64,000 nt of DNA from Candidatus Moraniibacteriota bacterium. Lineage in GTDB: Bacteria; Patescibacteriota; Minisyncoccia; Moranbacterales; UBA9337. The notes beneath the pieces are model-generated. The model was given only the letters and a program-made list of their open reading frames with translations. It did not search any database and was not told the DNA's origin. The position numbers and the translations under genes were made by a program. Numbering within the stretch: position 1 is the stretch's first letter; the number at the start of each line of letters is the position of its first letter. Positions 16,809 to 27,337 of the stretch are shown piece after piece. The stretch is from NCBI GenBank assembly GCA_028695135.1, contig JAQVJM010000004.1, positions 1,696 through 65,695 of the forward strand, in the 5' to 3' direction.

Positions 16809-18908
16809 ATGAAAAACGATTTAAAAAGCTTATTTGATCCGAAATCGATCGCTGTTGTCGGGGCGAGCGAAACGGAGGGGAAAATAGGATTTATAATTGC
16901 AAAAAATATTTTAAAACTGGGATTTAAAGGCGAAGTTTTTTTAGTTAATCCCAAATACGATAAATTATTCGGGGAAAAATGCTATGCTTCTTTGAATGAT
17001 ATCAAGCCCTCACCCCTAACCCCTCTCCCGGAGGGAGAGGGGAATCCTGTTGTCGATCTGGCGATAATCGTCATTCCCTCAAAATTTGTAAACCAAACCA
17101 TCGGGGAGGCCAAAGGAAAAGTGAAGAACTTCACGATTATTTCCGCCGGATTTTCGGAAACCGGAAAGGAAGGTAAAAAGAGGGAAAGAGAGCTTTCAAC
17201 ACTGGCAAAAAAGAATAAGTTAAATATTTTGGGACCGAACTGCTTGGGATTCATATCTCCTAAATTGAAATTAAACGCGTCTTTCGCCGGAGGGCTTCCG
17301 GAGGAGGGCAATGTCGCTTTCGTTTCCCAGTCGGGAGCGCTGGCCGTGGCTGTGATGGATGTGGCCAAAAAAGAGGAGATAAAATTTTCCAAAATAATTT
17401 CCATCGGAAACAAGATGCAGATAGGAGAGGCCGAGCTTATGGATTATCTGGAAAACGACGAAGACACGAAAGTTATAGCGATGTATCTGGAGGGAATCAG
17501 CAATGGCAAAAAATTCATAAAAATCGCTCGAAGAGTTTCCCGAAAAAAGCCGATCGTTGTTTTGAAATCGGGCAAGAGCGAAAAATCCCAAAAGGCGATT
17601 TCCTCGCATACGGGAGCGCTGGCGGGAAGCGACGAGATAATGGATGCGGCTTTCCGCAAGGCTGGAATAATAAGAGCTAATAATTTGGAAGAATTTTTCG
17701 GTTTTATAAAATTAGCTTCCAATTTCGGATCGGTAACAAGCCCTAAGACAGCCATCATAACCAATGCCGGAGGCCCGGGAGTCCTGGCCACGGACAGTTT
17801 CCATGGAAAAAATTTGGAACTGGTCGAATTTTCGGAAAAAACGAAAAATAAATTCAGGGAATTTTTGCCGGAAGAGTCTTCGGTGGAAAATCCGATCGAT
17901 CTTCTCGGCGATGCGAGAGAAGACCGGTATCAAAAAGTTTTGGAAATTTTGGATCAAGAGGATATCGGAAACATAATCTGCCTTATGACGGCTCAGGATC
18001 AGACTCCTACCGAAAAAATCGCCGAGACCCTTATTGATTTTTCAAGAAAATCTTCAAAAAACATCATTCCCGTTTTTGTGGGCGGGGAAAAAATGGAGAA
18101 GACATTCAAGATTCTTAACGACAACGATATGCCCAATTTTTCTTTTCCCAAGGAAGCTGTGGACGCCCTGGATCATTTCTATAATTGGTACATGAATAAA
18201 AGAAACGATCGGGAAAAAGAAATTCCGGATGAAAACGAAAGCAAAGAAGATATTTCCCGGATGATAGATAGCGTAAAGAAGAATAATAGAAGCGCGCTTC
18301 TCTTCGGCGAAGCGGCTGAAATCATGAAAAAATACAAAATTCCGGTCGTTGATTTTTCAAATATCGCGCTGAATGAAAAGATGCATTCCCGAATTGATTT
18401 TCCTGCTACGCTAAAAGTTGACAGCGACAAGGTTCTTCACAAGACTGATAAGCAGGGGCTCGTTCTGAATATCAAAAACATGGACGAGCTGGAGGAAACG
18501 ATCGGGAAAATGAGGAAAAATTTTCCCAAAGAAAATCTGATAATACAGCCGATGATAAAATATGAATCGGAAATAATTCTGGGAATGAAAAGAGATCCGA
18601 TTTTCGGACCGGTGATAGTTTACGGTCTGGGAGGAATCTATACCGAAGTTTTTAAGCTGGTTGATTTTTTGATTCTTCCGCTTTCCAAAAATGAGATAAA
18701 AAGAAGCCTCGAAAAAAGCAAAATCGGATTTTTGTTCAAAGAGACCCGAGGAAAGAAAATGGCGAATATCGATGAAATGGCCGGACTGATTTTCAATTTT
18801 TCCCGTCTGGCCAGAGATCAGAAAGATATAAAAGAAATTGATATCAATCCGCTTCTGATAGATAAAAAAGGAAAGATTTTGGCGGTGGATGTGAAAATAA
18901 TTTTATAA
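16809..18908 (+). CDS. acetate--CoA ligase (ADP-forming), fused alpha/beta (NDP-forming acyl-CoA synthetase)
   Basis: CoA-binding N-terminus (SIAVVGAS), succinyl-CoA-synthetase-like flavodoxin domain, His-loop SSHTGALAG, C-terminal ATP-grasp; 699 aa. Confidence 0.85.
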   Translation: MKNDLKSLFDPKSIAVVGASETEGKIGFIIAKNILKLGFKGEVFLVNPKYDKLFGEKCYASLNDIKPSPLTPLPEGEGNPVVDLAIIVIPSKFVNQTIGEAKGKVKNFTIISAGFSETGKEGKKRERELSTLAKKNKLNILGPNCLGFISPKLKLNASFAGGLPEEGNVAFVSQSGALAVAVMDVAKKEEIKFSKIISIGNKMQIGEAELMDYLENDEDTKVIAMYLEGISNGKKFIKIARRVSRKKPIVVLKSGKSEKSQKAISSHTGALAGSDEIMDAAFRKAGIIRANNLEEFFGFIKLASNFGSVTSPKTAIITNAGGPGVLATDSFHGKNLELVEFSEKTKNKFREFLPEESSVENPIDLLGDAREDRYQKVLEILDQEDIGNIICLMTAQDQTPTEKIAETLIDFSRKSSKNIIPVFVGGEKMEKTFKILNDNDMPNFSFPKEAVDALDHFYNWYMNKRNDREKEIPDENESKEDISRMIDSVKKNNRSALLFGEAAEIMKKYKIPVVDFSNIALNEKMHSRIDFPATLKVDSDKVLHKTDKQGLVLNIKNMDELEETIGKMRKNFPKENLIIQPMIKYESEIILGMKRDPIFGPVIVYGLGGIYTEVFKLVDFLILPLSKNEIKRSLEKSKIGFLFKETRGKKMANIDEMAGLIFNFSRLARDQKDIKEIDINPLLIDKKGKILAVDVKIIL
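17005..17050 (+). repeat. GC-rich palindromic element inserted in frame in the ACS gene (CCCCTCTCCC-GGA-GGGAGAGGGG)
   Basis: 23-nt perfect palindrome at 17020-17042, translated as PSPLTPLPEGEGNP between conserved blocks. Confidence 0.7.
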
Positions 18909-19071
18909 AAGCAGATTGATGCGGATAAAGATATGGATTAATGTGCAGACATATTGTTTTTTATAAAATGTGTTCGTATTTCTGGATCCCGGATTCCTCC
19001 AGAGGCGGACAGGCAAGTCCGGGATGACATTTGATGATATAGTTAATGCATAAGCTGTATATCGCAGGGAA

Positions 19072-20799
19072 ATGAATTGGAAAATAAAAGAAAATAAAAA
19101 AGATTTAAAAACCGACGATAAAAACAGCCGGCCTTTTTCTTTGCATCCGGTCGTTTTGAAGATTTTGGCGCAAAGAGGGATAACAGGATCAGACGAGATA
19201 AAATCTTTCATTTTTCCCGATTATGACAAAGGGGTGCACAGCCCTTTTCTTTTTGAAAAAATGGAAAAAGCTATGGAGAGGCTGAAAAAGATTGACAGGA
19301 AAAAGGAGAAGATCCTAGTTTTCGGGGATTATGACGCCGACGGAATAACTTCGGCACTGATTGCCAAGAAATCTCTGGAAGAAGCCGGATTTGAAACTTT
19401 TGTCTATATTCCCCATAAAGAAAAAGAAGGGTATGGGCTTAACAGGAAAGCGATGGAAAAATTTCTGGAAAAAGGGGTGCGTTTGGTGGTTACCACCGAT
19501 TGCGGGATAGCCAACAAAAAAGAAATTGAGGATATGACAGGCCGGGGAGTCGATTTTATCGTGACCGACCATCATCACATCCCTCCGGAAATTCCCGATG
19601 CGATAGCGATCATCAATCCGAAGATGAAAGATTCCGGCTATCCTTTCGAGGATCTTTCCGGAGCGGGAGTTTCTTTCAAGTTCGCCCAAGCCGTTTATGA
19701 AACTTTTATTCCGGAAAAAAAAGAGCAGATAAAATGGCTTTTGGATCTGGTCGCCATAGGAACCGTAGCTGACCTAGTATCCCTCAGAGGGGAAAACAGG
19801 ATATTGGTAAAATTTGGTCTTTTAGTCCTTTCCAAGACCAAAAGAGTCGGTCTTCAGGAGATGTTTAAAGTCGGAAGGATCCTGGTCGATGAGAATAATT
19901 TTCCCGATTCCCAGAAGATTTCTTTCCAGATCGCTCCGAGAATAAACGCTGCCAGCCGGATGAGTCATGCCGAAAAAGCCCTTTTCCTCCTAGCGGAAGA
20001 TGATAGAGTGAAGGCCAGGGATATGGCGCTGGAATTGGAGGCGCAAAATTCGAGCCGGCAGAAAGAGACACAGCAGGTAGTTGCGGAAGCGGAGAAAATC
20101 GTAAGCAATATTTTCAAGGACAGAAACTTCATCTTTATCGCCAATGAGAATTTCCCGATAGGCACTGTGGGATTGGTTGCGGGAAAACTGGCGGATAAGT
20201 TCAGGCGTCCGGCGGCTATTCTTAAGAAAGGAAAAAAAACGAGCAAGGGATCTTTCAGGAGCATCTCTCAAATAAACATAATAGAGAATATAGAAAAATG
20301 CCGGGATCTGCTCCTTAAATATGGGGGCCATTCCCAGGCGGCGGGAATCACGATCAAGAATGAAAATCTGGAAAAATTTTATGACAAGATGGACGAAATC
20401 ATAAGCGAAGAGATAAAGGAGTTGGATCTGTCTCCGGAGGTGGAGGTGGATATGGAAATTTTCCCCGGGGATATAAGCTTCGGATTGGCGGAGGATCTCA
20501 AAAAGCTCGAGCCTTTCGGGCAAGGGAATAGGGAGCCTGTCTTTTTGATGAAAAATTTGTCGATCAAGGAGCTCAAGTGGTTGGGAAACGGGGAGAAACA
20601 TCTCAAATTGTTCCTCCAGCCGAAAAACAAAAGCCCCAAAATTTTTGAGGCGATCGGCTTTAGCATGCTCGAAAAATTCGGCGACATAAAGATCGGAGAA
20701 ACTATCGATCTGGTCTTCAATCTCGGCCAGGACGAATGGAACGGGAACAAGAAGATTCAGATGAAAATAATTGATTTGAAAACTTCGAAAACCGATTGA
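19072..20799 (+). CDS. recJ: single-stranded-DNA-specific exonuclease RecJ
   Basis: DHH motifs (FGDYDADGITS, VTTDCG, DHHH), DHHA1 domain GGHSQAAG; 575 aa. Confidence 0.85.
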   Translation: MNWKIKENKKDLKTDDKNSRPFSLHPVVLKILAQRGITGSDEIKSFIFPDYDKGVHSPFLFEKMEKAMERLKKIDRKKEKILVFGDYDADGITSALIAKKSLEEAGFETFVYIPHKEKEGYGLNRKAMEKFLEKGVRLVVTTDCGIANKKEIEDMTGRGVDFIVTDHHHIPPEIPDAIAIINPKMKDSGYPFEDLSGAGVSFKFAQAVYETFIPEKKEQIKWLLDLVAIGTVADLVSLRGENRILVKFGLLVLSKTKRVGLQEMFKVGRILVDENNFPDSQKISFQIAPRINAASRMSHAEKALFLLAEDDRVKARDMALELEAQNSSRQKETQQVVAEAEKIVSNIFKDRNFIFIANENFPIGTVGLVAGKLADKFRRPAAILKKGKKTSKGSFRSISQINIIENIEKCRDLLLKYGGHSQAAGITIKNENLEKFYDKMDEIISEEIKELDLSPEVEVDMEIFPGDISFGLAEDLKKLEPFGQGNREPVFLMKNLSIKELKWLGNGEKHLKLFLQPKNKSPKIFEAIGFSMLEKFGDIKIGETIDLVFNLGQDEWNGNKKIQMKIIDLKTSKTD

Positions 20800-20922
20800 T
20801 TTCTTATTATTAAGCGCAAAAACTTCTTTTTTGATTGTTTTTGGCATATTTACACACATACACCAGAATATCTCTATTCTGGAAAAACCGCCAAATGTTT
20901 GTGGACATTACCAAAAAAAGTG

Positions 20923-20952
20923 TTGCATCCTTTTTCGGATTTGTGGTATAAT
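20923..20952 (+). promoter_or_regulatory. putative promoter (TTGCAT-18-TGgTATAAT) for the large surface-protein gene
   Basis: -35-like hexamer and extended -10 about 90 nt upstream of ATG 21042. Confidence 0.4.
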
Positions 20953-21041
20953 AATCTTGATAAAAATCTTTTTAAAATATAAATAAAACTTAACAAAAAA
21001 ATTGGCCGGCTTGCTCAGGCAATCTGTCAATAAGACAAAAA

Positions 21042-24000
21042 ATGAAGAAAATGAAAAATCTAATTAACTCGTTGGCGCTTTTGGCAATTCTGTCATTGGG
21101 CGCTTTTTCTGTCGCTGGCGCGCAGGAAGATTCAAGCGCCGATGAGGTAAATGGCAGCAATAATCCGGAAGATGCCATCGGGCTTCAATGGCCTGGGGAC
21201 GAAGCGACCAATGGAGTGGATTGTTTCGATTATTATACCTTTCAGTCGGTCAATGTGAGCATTAATCCGGAAAATGAAATTTACAGACCGAATGAAAGCG
21301 TCAAATTCGTGGGGCATATTACGAATGAAAATGACTATCCGGTCATAGACGGAAATGTCTATGTGCGGATAAGCAGATATAATGAGAACTTCGATACGGA
21401 AGGCCATGACGTAGTCGATGAATTTTTTGCGATGGAAGACATATCTTTAAATAAAAACAGCAGTGAAGATTTTGATTTCACATGGGATATCCCTGAAAAC
21501 ATTTCAGGGGGCGCTTATAATGCCGACCTTTTCTTTTCTGTCGGAAAAAAATTCAACTTGGGCGGATTGCCTTTTTCAAACGAAGTCATAGCGGGGACGA
21601 CGGCTTTTAACATAGAATCTGAAAACTCCAGCCAGATATATTTTAATAGAGACAAGACCATGATTGACGGTTCCAAATATATACATATCGGTTCATGGCC
21701 GAGGGTAGAGAGGAATGCTGATGTGGTTTTTTCGCAAACCTTGACTAATGATTTTGATGAAGATATAGAATCCAATATAACATTCGATACTTATTATTGG
21801 GACAGCTTGAATGAAAAAGACAAGATAAATTCAGAGACTATCTCAGTGAGTATTCCGGCTAATTCCGATAGAGAAATCAAATATACCATTTCCAATGCGG
21901 AGAGATCGGTATATTATCTGCAGACAGCCGCTATTTATAAAGACTCGAAATCAATCGTAAATACACGCTTTTCTGTAAATGATAGCGGTACTCCCCGCTT
22001 GAATTATCCGGCTATAACGAAATTTCCCTTGAAAAAAGGAGACAGTTTCACTCTTTTCTCATGCTTTCATAATACGGGCGGACCGAGCGCAGAGGGCTCG
22101 GTCGAGGTTAGATTGCTTGATAGCAAGGGGAACCTGATAAAAAGCGCTTCTTATGAGGGATTGATTCCTCCGGCTATGAGCGCGGTGAAAGAAGATATGA
22201 CTGCTTCCGGCGATTATGAAGATCTTGTTTTGGAGGCTTTTATAAAAGATAAAAACGGAAAAACCATAGATGAATATTCGGTAAAATATTCTTGCGATAA
22301 GCTGGGAGTCTGTAAAGAAAATGTTGCAAAAAGTCAGATTAAAAATAAGTTAAGCAGTCTGGATAAACTGTTTTATGTTTTCTTGGCTATAGCCGTAGTA
22401 TTTATATTGCTTATAATTATAAAAATCAAGCGAGGGGGGAAATTTATAGGGATGTTATTGTTCGCCCTTATTTTAGGAAGTGCTATCTTTTCCGCCAATC
22501 AGGCTTCGGCTGCTTCTGTCAATTCTTCCAAGGCTTATGATCATAGGTTTCATTTTAAAAGCACTCCCGTGTATATGAATATTGATGAAGGAACTGTGAC
22601 TCTCCATAATATTGTAAATGGTGCTTCCAGCATAAGTTGTGGAGGCTCTACGACTTACACATATGCCCCGACGCTTGAATTTTCCACATCGGGAGGCGAT
22701 TGGGACACTCCTTTTGGAAGATTCTGTGCTGACATCTACAATCCTGCATGTTTCGGATCCAATATAGTTACTCCCAATGCAGGCTCATCTCAGATAATAT
22801 ACTCGTCGCAAAACGGTCATTATGGCTATATTTATTGGACAGCGCAGATACCGACCGTGAGTTTAAGTTCCAGCAACACTTCCCTAGTAACCTGTAGCGG
22901 AATGACCTGTACGGCTCGACCGGGAGCGAGCGGAACGGCAAGCATAACTGCCAGTTTCGGAGGTTCCACTGCCAAGATATGGTCCGGAATCAGACTTTTT
23001 TATGATTCAGGGACAGTTCCGACAGAATTGGCAAATGGCTTATGGGGAATGCCGGCAAGGGTTCTAAACCGTTATTTTACTTCGCCAAGCGACAGAAATG
23101 TCGGTACCGCCAGCGGAGCGATCAGCACCAATTGGGAATCTTATCTTAATGGAAACGGAAAAAATACTTTAACCTTGGATGCCAAGTCGGTTTCGTGGAA
23201 TCTTACAGTCGGAAGCTGTGCCGTGAACGGTTCTTGCGGAACGAATGATCAAACCTATGCCACAACAACAACCTCTTGGCCTTCGACATCGAGTACGGCT
23301 TTCTGCGCTACGGGAACCGCTCCTTCTTCTAACCCGTCTTTTCCAGCTATGGGATCAAGCGTTACATGGAATTGCGCAGGCCAAAACGGTGGAACATCTG
23401 TAAGCTGTACGGCTGAAAGAAAATTGAATGGGGCTTGCGGAACTCGATCGGATAATTATTCCGCTACGGCCGACCCTCCTTATCCTTATACGACAACCGC
23501 TTGGCCGACAGGGTCTTCTTATTGTGCCAGTGGGACAGCTAGCGCCTCCCCGTCTTTCCCGGCGGCCGGATACAATGTTTCTTGGACTTGCAACGGAGCT
23601 TATGGAGGGACAAATGCCAGTTGTTCCGCAAGCAGAGTCGCTATTCCGGCTCCCACACTCAATCTTTCCGCTACGCCTCTGAATATCGGTGCAGGAGCAA
23701 GTACGACTTTAGCCTGGACGCCGACCAACGTTTCCTCTTGTACCGCCAGCGGGGCATGGAGCGGAGCAAAATCAACCGCAGCAAACTCTACCGAGTCGGT
23801 CACTTTGAATAATTCCGGAAATTACACATTTACTCTCACTTGTGCAGGAATAAACGGAACGAATATAAGCAGAAGTATTACTGTTACAGTTTCAAGCTGT
23901 GGAAGCAATGCCCGGACTTATCCTTATTCGACAACAACATGGCCGTCGACGGACATTTCCGCCTTCTGTTCATCCGCAAGTCCTGCTATCAGCAGTATCC

Positions 24001-24704
24001 CGAGTTTTCCTGCCGAGGGCGGAACTGCGACTTGGCAGTGCGGATATGGAAACACCGGAACTGACTTTAATCCAGTCGTGGATTGTTCGGCGAGAAGAGA
24101 AGCCTATGTTCCAGCACCGACCGTTTCGCTTACGGCTAATCCGGAATCTATTGAAGCGGGGGGAAATTCCAATTTGACATGGACAACCGCCAATGCCAGT
24201 TCCTGCTGGGCATCAGAAGGAACTACAGGTTGGGAAGGTTGGAGGTCCAATACGGGGGGAACGTGGAACACGGGCACTTTGAATAATATTGGAGAGTATA
24301 GATATATGATCGAATGTTGGAATAGCAACGGAGATCTTGCTACAAGTCAGGCTACTCTTAGGGTAAATCCTGCTAATCCCTGCGGGAATGGAGTATTAGA
24401 TCCAGGTGAAACATGTGATGACGGAAATACCATAGACGGGGATGGATGTAGCAGTACTTGTCAAACTGAATGTATTCTTGGCCAGAACTATGATTGCGCG
24501 TATTCTCCTACTGGACAAGCATGCGATGCAAGCAACTGCGGTACGACCATCACTACCAGTTATGCTAATTGTTATGATAGGTGTGATTCTACTACTACTG
24601 TTTCAAAAAGTCTCTGCGGAAGTTTATGCGTAGATCAAACTACAACTTGTCCGGCATGTCATACCTCAACAACCGAAGTCGGCGAGTGGACCGAAGTCAG
24701 ATAG
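21042..24704 (+). CDS. large cell-surface protein: signal peptide, AT-rich N-terminal domain, internal TM pair / second signal peptide, Ser/Thr/Cys-rich tandem repeats, Ig-like domains and a C-terminal cysteine-rich CxxCDDGN..DGC repeat
   Basis: N-terminal signal peptide; about 70-aa Cys-containing repeat x3 ([18 protein letters not shown]...); [24 protein letters not shown] repeat; 1220 aa. Confidence 0.7.
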   Translation: MKKMKNLINSLALLAILSLGAFSVAGAQEDSSADEVNGSNNPEDAIGLQWPGDEATNGVDCFDYYTFQSVNVSINPENEIYRPNESVKFVGHITNENDYPVIDGNVYVRISRYNENFDTEGHDVVDEFFAMEDISLNKNSSEDFDFTWDIPENISGGAYNADLFFSVGKKFNLGGLPFSNEVIAGTTAFNIESENSSQIYFNRDKTMIDGSKYIHIGSWPRVERNADVVFSQTLTNDFDEDIESNITFDTYYWDSLNEKDKINSETISVSIPANSDREIKYTISNAERSVYYLQTAAIYKDSKSIVNTRFSVNDSGTPRLNYPAITKFPLKKGDSFTLFSCFHNTGGPSAEGSVEVRLLDSKGNLIKSASYEGLIPPAMSAVKEDMTASGDYEDLVLEAFIKDKNGKTIDEYSVKYSCDKLGVCKENVAKSQIKNKLSSLDKLFYVFLAIAVVFILLIIIKIKRGGKFIGMLLFALILGSAIFSANQASAASVNSSKAYDHRFHFKSTPVYMNIDEGTVTLHNIVNGASSISCGGSTTYTYAPTLEFSTSGGDWDTPFGRFCADIYNPACFGSNIVTPNAGSSQIIYSSQNGHYGYIYWTAQIPTVSLSSSNTSLVTCSGMTCTARPGASGTASITASFGGSTAKIWSGIRLFYDSGTVPTELANGLWGMPARVLNRYFTSPSDRNVGTASGAISTNWESYLNGNGKNTLTLDAKSVSWNLTVGSCAVNGSCGTNDQTYATTTTSWPSTSSTAFCATGTAPSSNPSFPAMGSSVTWNCAGQNGGTSVSCTAERKLNGACGTRSDNYSATADPPYPYTTTAWPTGSSYCASGTASASPSFPAAGYNVSWTCNGAYGGTNASCSASRVAIPAPTLNLSATPLNIGAGASTTLAWTPTNVSSCTASGAWSGAKSTAANSTESVTLNNSGNYTFTLTCAGINGTNISRSITVTVSSCGSNARTYPYSTTTWPSTDISAFCSSASPAISSIPSFPAEGGTATWQCGYGNTGTDFNPVVDCSARREAYVPAPTVSLTANPESIEAGGNSNLTWTTANASSCWASEGTTGWEGWRSNTGGTWNTGTLNNIGEYRYMIECWNSNGDLATSQATLRVNPANPCGNGVLDPGETCDDGNTIDGDGCSSTCQTECILGQNYDCAYSPTGQACDASNCGTTITTSYANCYDRCDSTTTVSKSLCGSLCVDQTTTCPACHTSTTEVGEWTEVR

Positions 24705-24730
24705 GGATTCGAGATAAAAACAAAAACCGA

Positions 24731-24762
24731 GAAAACAGCCCTGAAAAAGATAGGGGCTGTTT
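24731..24762 (+). terminator. rho-independent terminator (CAGCCCCT-loop-AGGGGCTG + T-run)
   Basis: seen directly after the surface-protein stop. Confidence 0.65.
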
Positions 24763-24829
24763 TTTTGTAAATAAAATTCGAGGAAATGCCGATTTGAAAA
24801 ATAAATCGAATTAAGCTAATATTTAATAG

Positions 24830-25972
24830 ATGTCAGATAAAATTATGCTAGACAGGCTTTTAAAATTAGATTGGGTGCTTAATATTTCCGCTTTTTTGCT
24901 TTTAGGTATAGGGCTCTTGGCTCTTTACAGCATTTCTTTGTCCGAAAAAGAAACCGGGGGTATAAATATTTTTTTCAGACAGGCCGTTTTCTCTTTGATG
25001 GGGCTATCCGTATTGATAATTTTTTCCTTCGTCGACTACAGGCATTTCAGATCCTACAGCACGATAATATATTTTTCTATGCTGGTTATATTACTTGCGG
25101 TTCTTGTTTTGGGATCCGTAGTCAGGGGGACGACGGGATGGATAAGTGTCGGCTCCGTAAGCGTTCAGCCGGTTGAGCTGGCCAAGATTTTTCTAATCCT
25201 ATCTCTGGCCAGCTTCATAACGAAAAGCAAAGGAATCCTGAGCGAGGCTTCCAGATTGACAGTGGCTTTTGCATTAGGCGGAGCGGCTGTTTTTTTAGTC
25301 TTGATGCAACCGGATTTCGGAAGCGCCTTAGTCCTGATGATCATATTGCTGGCGATGGTTCTTCTCTCCGGAATAGGATGGAAATATTTGGCGGTAATGT
25401 TTTTTTTGGGAATGGCGTCGATAATCCTAGGGTGGTTCTTGCTTGCCGATTATCAGAAGGACAGGCTTATCAACTTTGTCGATCCTGGCAATGATCCCAA
25501 AGGAAGCGGATATAATGTGATCCAATCGGTGATTGCGGTAGGATCGGGAGGTATGAGCGGAAAAGGGCTGGGGCACGGCTCGCAATCCCAGCTTAATTTT
25601 TTGCCGGAAAATCATACCGATTTCATATATGCGGTTATCGTTGAAGAATTCGGGGTATGGGGTTCAGGGGCGATACTCTTTCTTTTTTTTATAATATTTT
25701 ATAGAATGAAAAAAATTGCTGAAACTTCCATCGATAATTTCGGATATCTCATAGTCGTAGGAAGCATGGGGATGTTTTTTATCCAGATAATGATAAATGT
25801 GGGAATGAATATCGGAATAATGCCGGTAACCGGAATTCCGCTGATATTTTTGAGTTACGGAGGAAGTTCCCTGGTCTCATCCTTTATGATTTTGGGAATT
25901 CTTAATAATATTTATATTACGGGAAAATCGACGATCAAAGGAAAGGTCGATCCGGATTATGAATTCAATTGA
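24830..25972 (+). CDS. SEDS-family peptidoglycan glycosyltransferase (FtsW/RodA)
   Basis: 10-TM profile, conserved QPVELAK(I), PENHTDFI, GIPLIFLSYGGSS segments. Confidence 0.85.
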   Translation: MSDKIMLDRLLKLDWVLNISAFLLLGIGLLALYSISLSEKETGGINIFFRQAVFSLMGLSVLIIFSFVDYRHFRSYSTIIYFSMLVILLAVLVLGSVVRGTTGWISVGSVSVQPVELAKIFLILSLASFITKSKGILSEASRLTVAFALGGAAVFLVLMQPDFGSALVLMIILLAMVLLSGIGWKYLAVMFFLGMASIILGWFLLADYQKDRLINFVDPGNDPKGSGYNVIQSVIAVGSGGMSGKGLGHGSQSQLNFLPENHTDFIYAVIVEEFGVWGSGAILFLFFIIFYRMKKIAETSIDNFGYLIVVGSMGMFFIQIMINVGMNIGIMPVTGIPLIFLSYGGSSLVSSFMILGILNNIYITGKSTIKGKVDPDYEFN

Positions 25973-25998
25973 TTTTCGGTAAATTTTTATTTTGAGTA

Positions 25999-26026
25999 TT
26001 GATTTTTAAACCAGTCTGTGTATAAT
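25999..26026 (+). promoter_or_regulatory. putative promoter (TTGATT-16-TGtgTATAAT)
   Basis: extended -10 seven nt before ORF 26034. Confidence 0.4.
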
Positions 26027-26033
26027 AGCTATT

Positions 26034-26333
26034 ATGAAAGGACAAGAGCGCGGCTTAAAACATTTGACCAAGTGTCCATTGTGCAAGGCGAAGTACAGCC
26101 ATTCGCAAGCTTCTGTGTTGGAAGAAAATGAGATGAGGACGGTTTTTCATCTGACTTGCAGCAAGTGTAACAGCGCGGTTCTGGCTTTCGTTTCGAGCAG
26201 CCAGCAAGGTATAGTCAGCTTGGGAGTGGCGACCGATCTTACCGGCCAAGAAGCCAAAAAAATGATCAAGGAAAAGCCGGTGAGTCCCGAACAAGTTTTG
26301 AAGGTTTACGAATATTTTAACCCCCGCTCTTAA
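26034..26333 (+). CDS. hypothetical zinc-finger-like protein (two CxxC pairs)
   Basis: CPLC...CSKC spacing; 99 aa. Confidence 0.45.
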   Translation: MKGQERGLKHLTKCPLCKAKYSHSQASVLEENEMRTVFHLTCSKCNSAVLAFVSSSQQGIVSLGVATDLTGQEAKKMIKEKPVSPEQVLKVYEYFNPRS

Positions 26334-26452
26334 ATGTTCAAATTTAAGTCGAGGGATATTTACCGGTAAATAAATTTTTTAAATAATTTGAAATTTGATT
26401 TACAGAAAGGATAATAGGAAATTTTTCTGTGGATGAGTTTCTTTTTTTGTTT

Positions 26453-27148
26453 ATGCAAGATATAGTTTTGAAAGCAACTTCCAGGGATTTGGAAAAGAAC
26501 AATCTGGAAGGCAATAGGAGCAAGGGATTGGTGCCGGCTGTTCTGTATGGCCAGAAGGCGGAAAATATGAATCTGTGGGTCGATTTGAAAAATTTTATGA
26601 AAGCTCACAAAAAAGCCGGAGAAAACACTATCATAGAGCTGGAGATCGATGACAAGAAGAAGGAAAATGTCCTTATTTATGATTTTCAAGAGGATACTTT
26701 GACGGGCGATCTGCTTCATGTAGATTTTTACAGAGTCGATATGTCCAAGAAAATCGAAGCCGAGATCCCTATCAATTTCGTAGGTGAATCTCCGGCAGTC
26801 AAAGAGCAGGGAGGAGTTTTAGTCAAAAATATTGACGAAATCGAAGTCAGATGCTTGCCCGGGGATATTCCCCAAAGCTTTGATGTCGATGTTTCCGTGT
26901 TAGCTACCTTCGAAGATCGCATAGCGGTCAAAGACTTAAAAGTTTCGGATAAGGTGGAGATAGATATTGATCCGGAAACGGTCATTGCGTTGGTGACTCC
27001 TCCGAGAAGCGAGGAAGAGATGGCCGCGCTTGATGAAAAGATCGAAGAAGATGTTTCTAAGGTTGAGGGAGTAGAAAAAGAAACCAAGGAAGAAGAAGGT
27101 GAAGAAGCGAAGGAAGGCGAGAAGCCGGCTGAGGAAAAATCTGAATAA
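26453..27148 (+). CDS. rplY: 50S ribosomal protein L25 / general stress protein Ctc, with acidic C-terminal tail
   Basis: L25 core (GLVPAVLYG, beta-barrel plus Ctc C-domain); start taken at ATG 26453 (ORF track begins at 26429). Confidence 0.8.
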   Translation: MQDIVLKATSRDLEKNNLEGNRSKGLVPAVLYGQKAENMNLWVDLKNFMKAHKKAGENTIIELEIDDKKKENVLIYDFQEDTLTGDLLHVDFYRVDMSKKIEAEIPINFVGESPAVKEQGGVLVKNIDEIEVRCLPGDIPQSFDVDVSVLATFEDRIAVKDLKVSDKVEIDIDPETVIALVTPPRSEEEMAALDEKIEEDVSKVEGVEKETKEEEGEEAKEGEKPAEEKSE

Positions 27149-27167
27149 GGAATTAAAAAAACTTCCG

Positions 27168-27200
27168 ATAGGCGCCCCGTTCTTGCGGGGCGTTTTTTTA
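27168..27200 (+). terminator. rho-independent terminator (GGCGCCCCG-TTCTT-GCGGGGCG + T-run)
   Basis: seen after the rplY stop. Confidence 0.7.
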
Positions 27201-27204
27201 TTCT

Positions 27205-27278
27205 TCTACGAAATTACCTGCCCGAAATGCTACGCATATCGTTGCAGGCGGGCAAATCCATTGCAAATATACGAATTA
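27205..27278 (+). repeat. copy A of a ~70-95-nt intergenic repeat family (core ...TACCTGCCCGAAATGCTACGCATATCGTTGCAGGCGGGCAAATCC-TTGCAAAT-TACGAAT)
   Basis: about 90% identical to copy B at 28596-28680; the two flank the 27338-28600 gene as direct repeats. Confidence 0.7.
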
Positions 27279-27337
27279 AGATTGACTGTTAAAATATATC
27301 TTTTCGAGAAATTTGATTTATGCTAAAATGAGTACTG

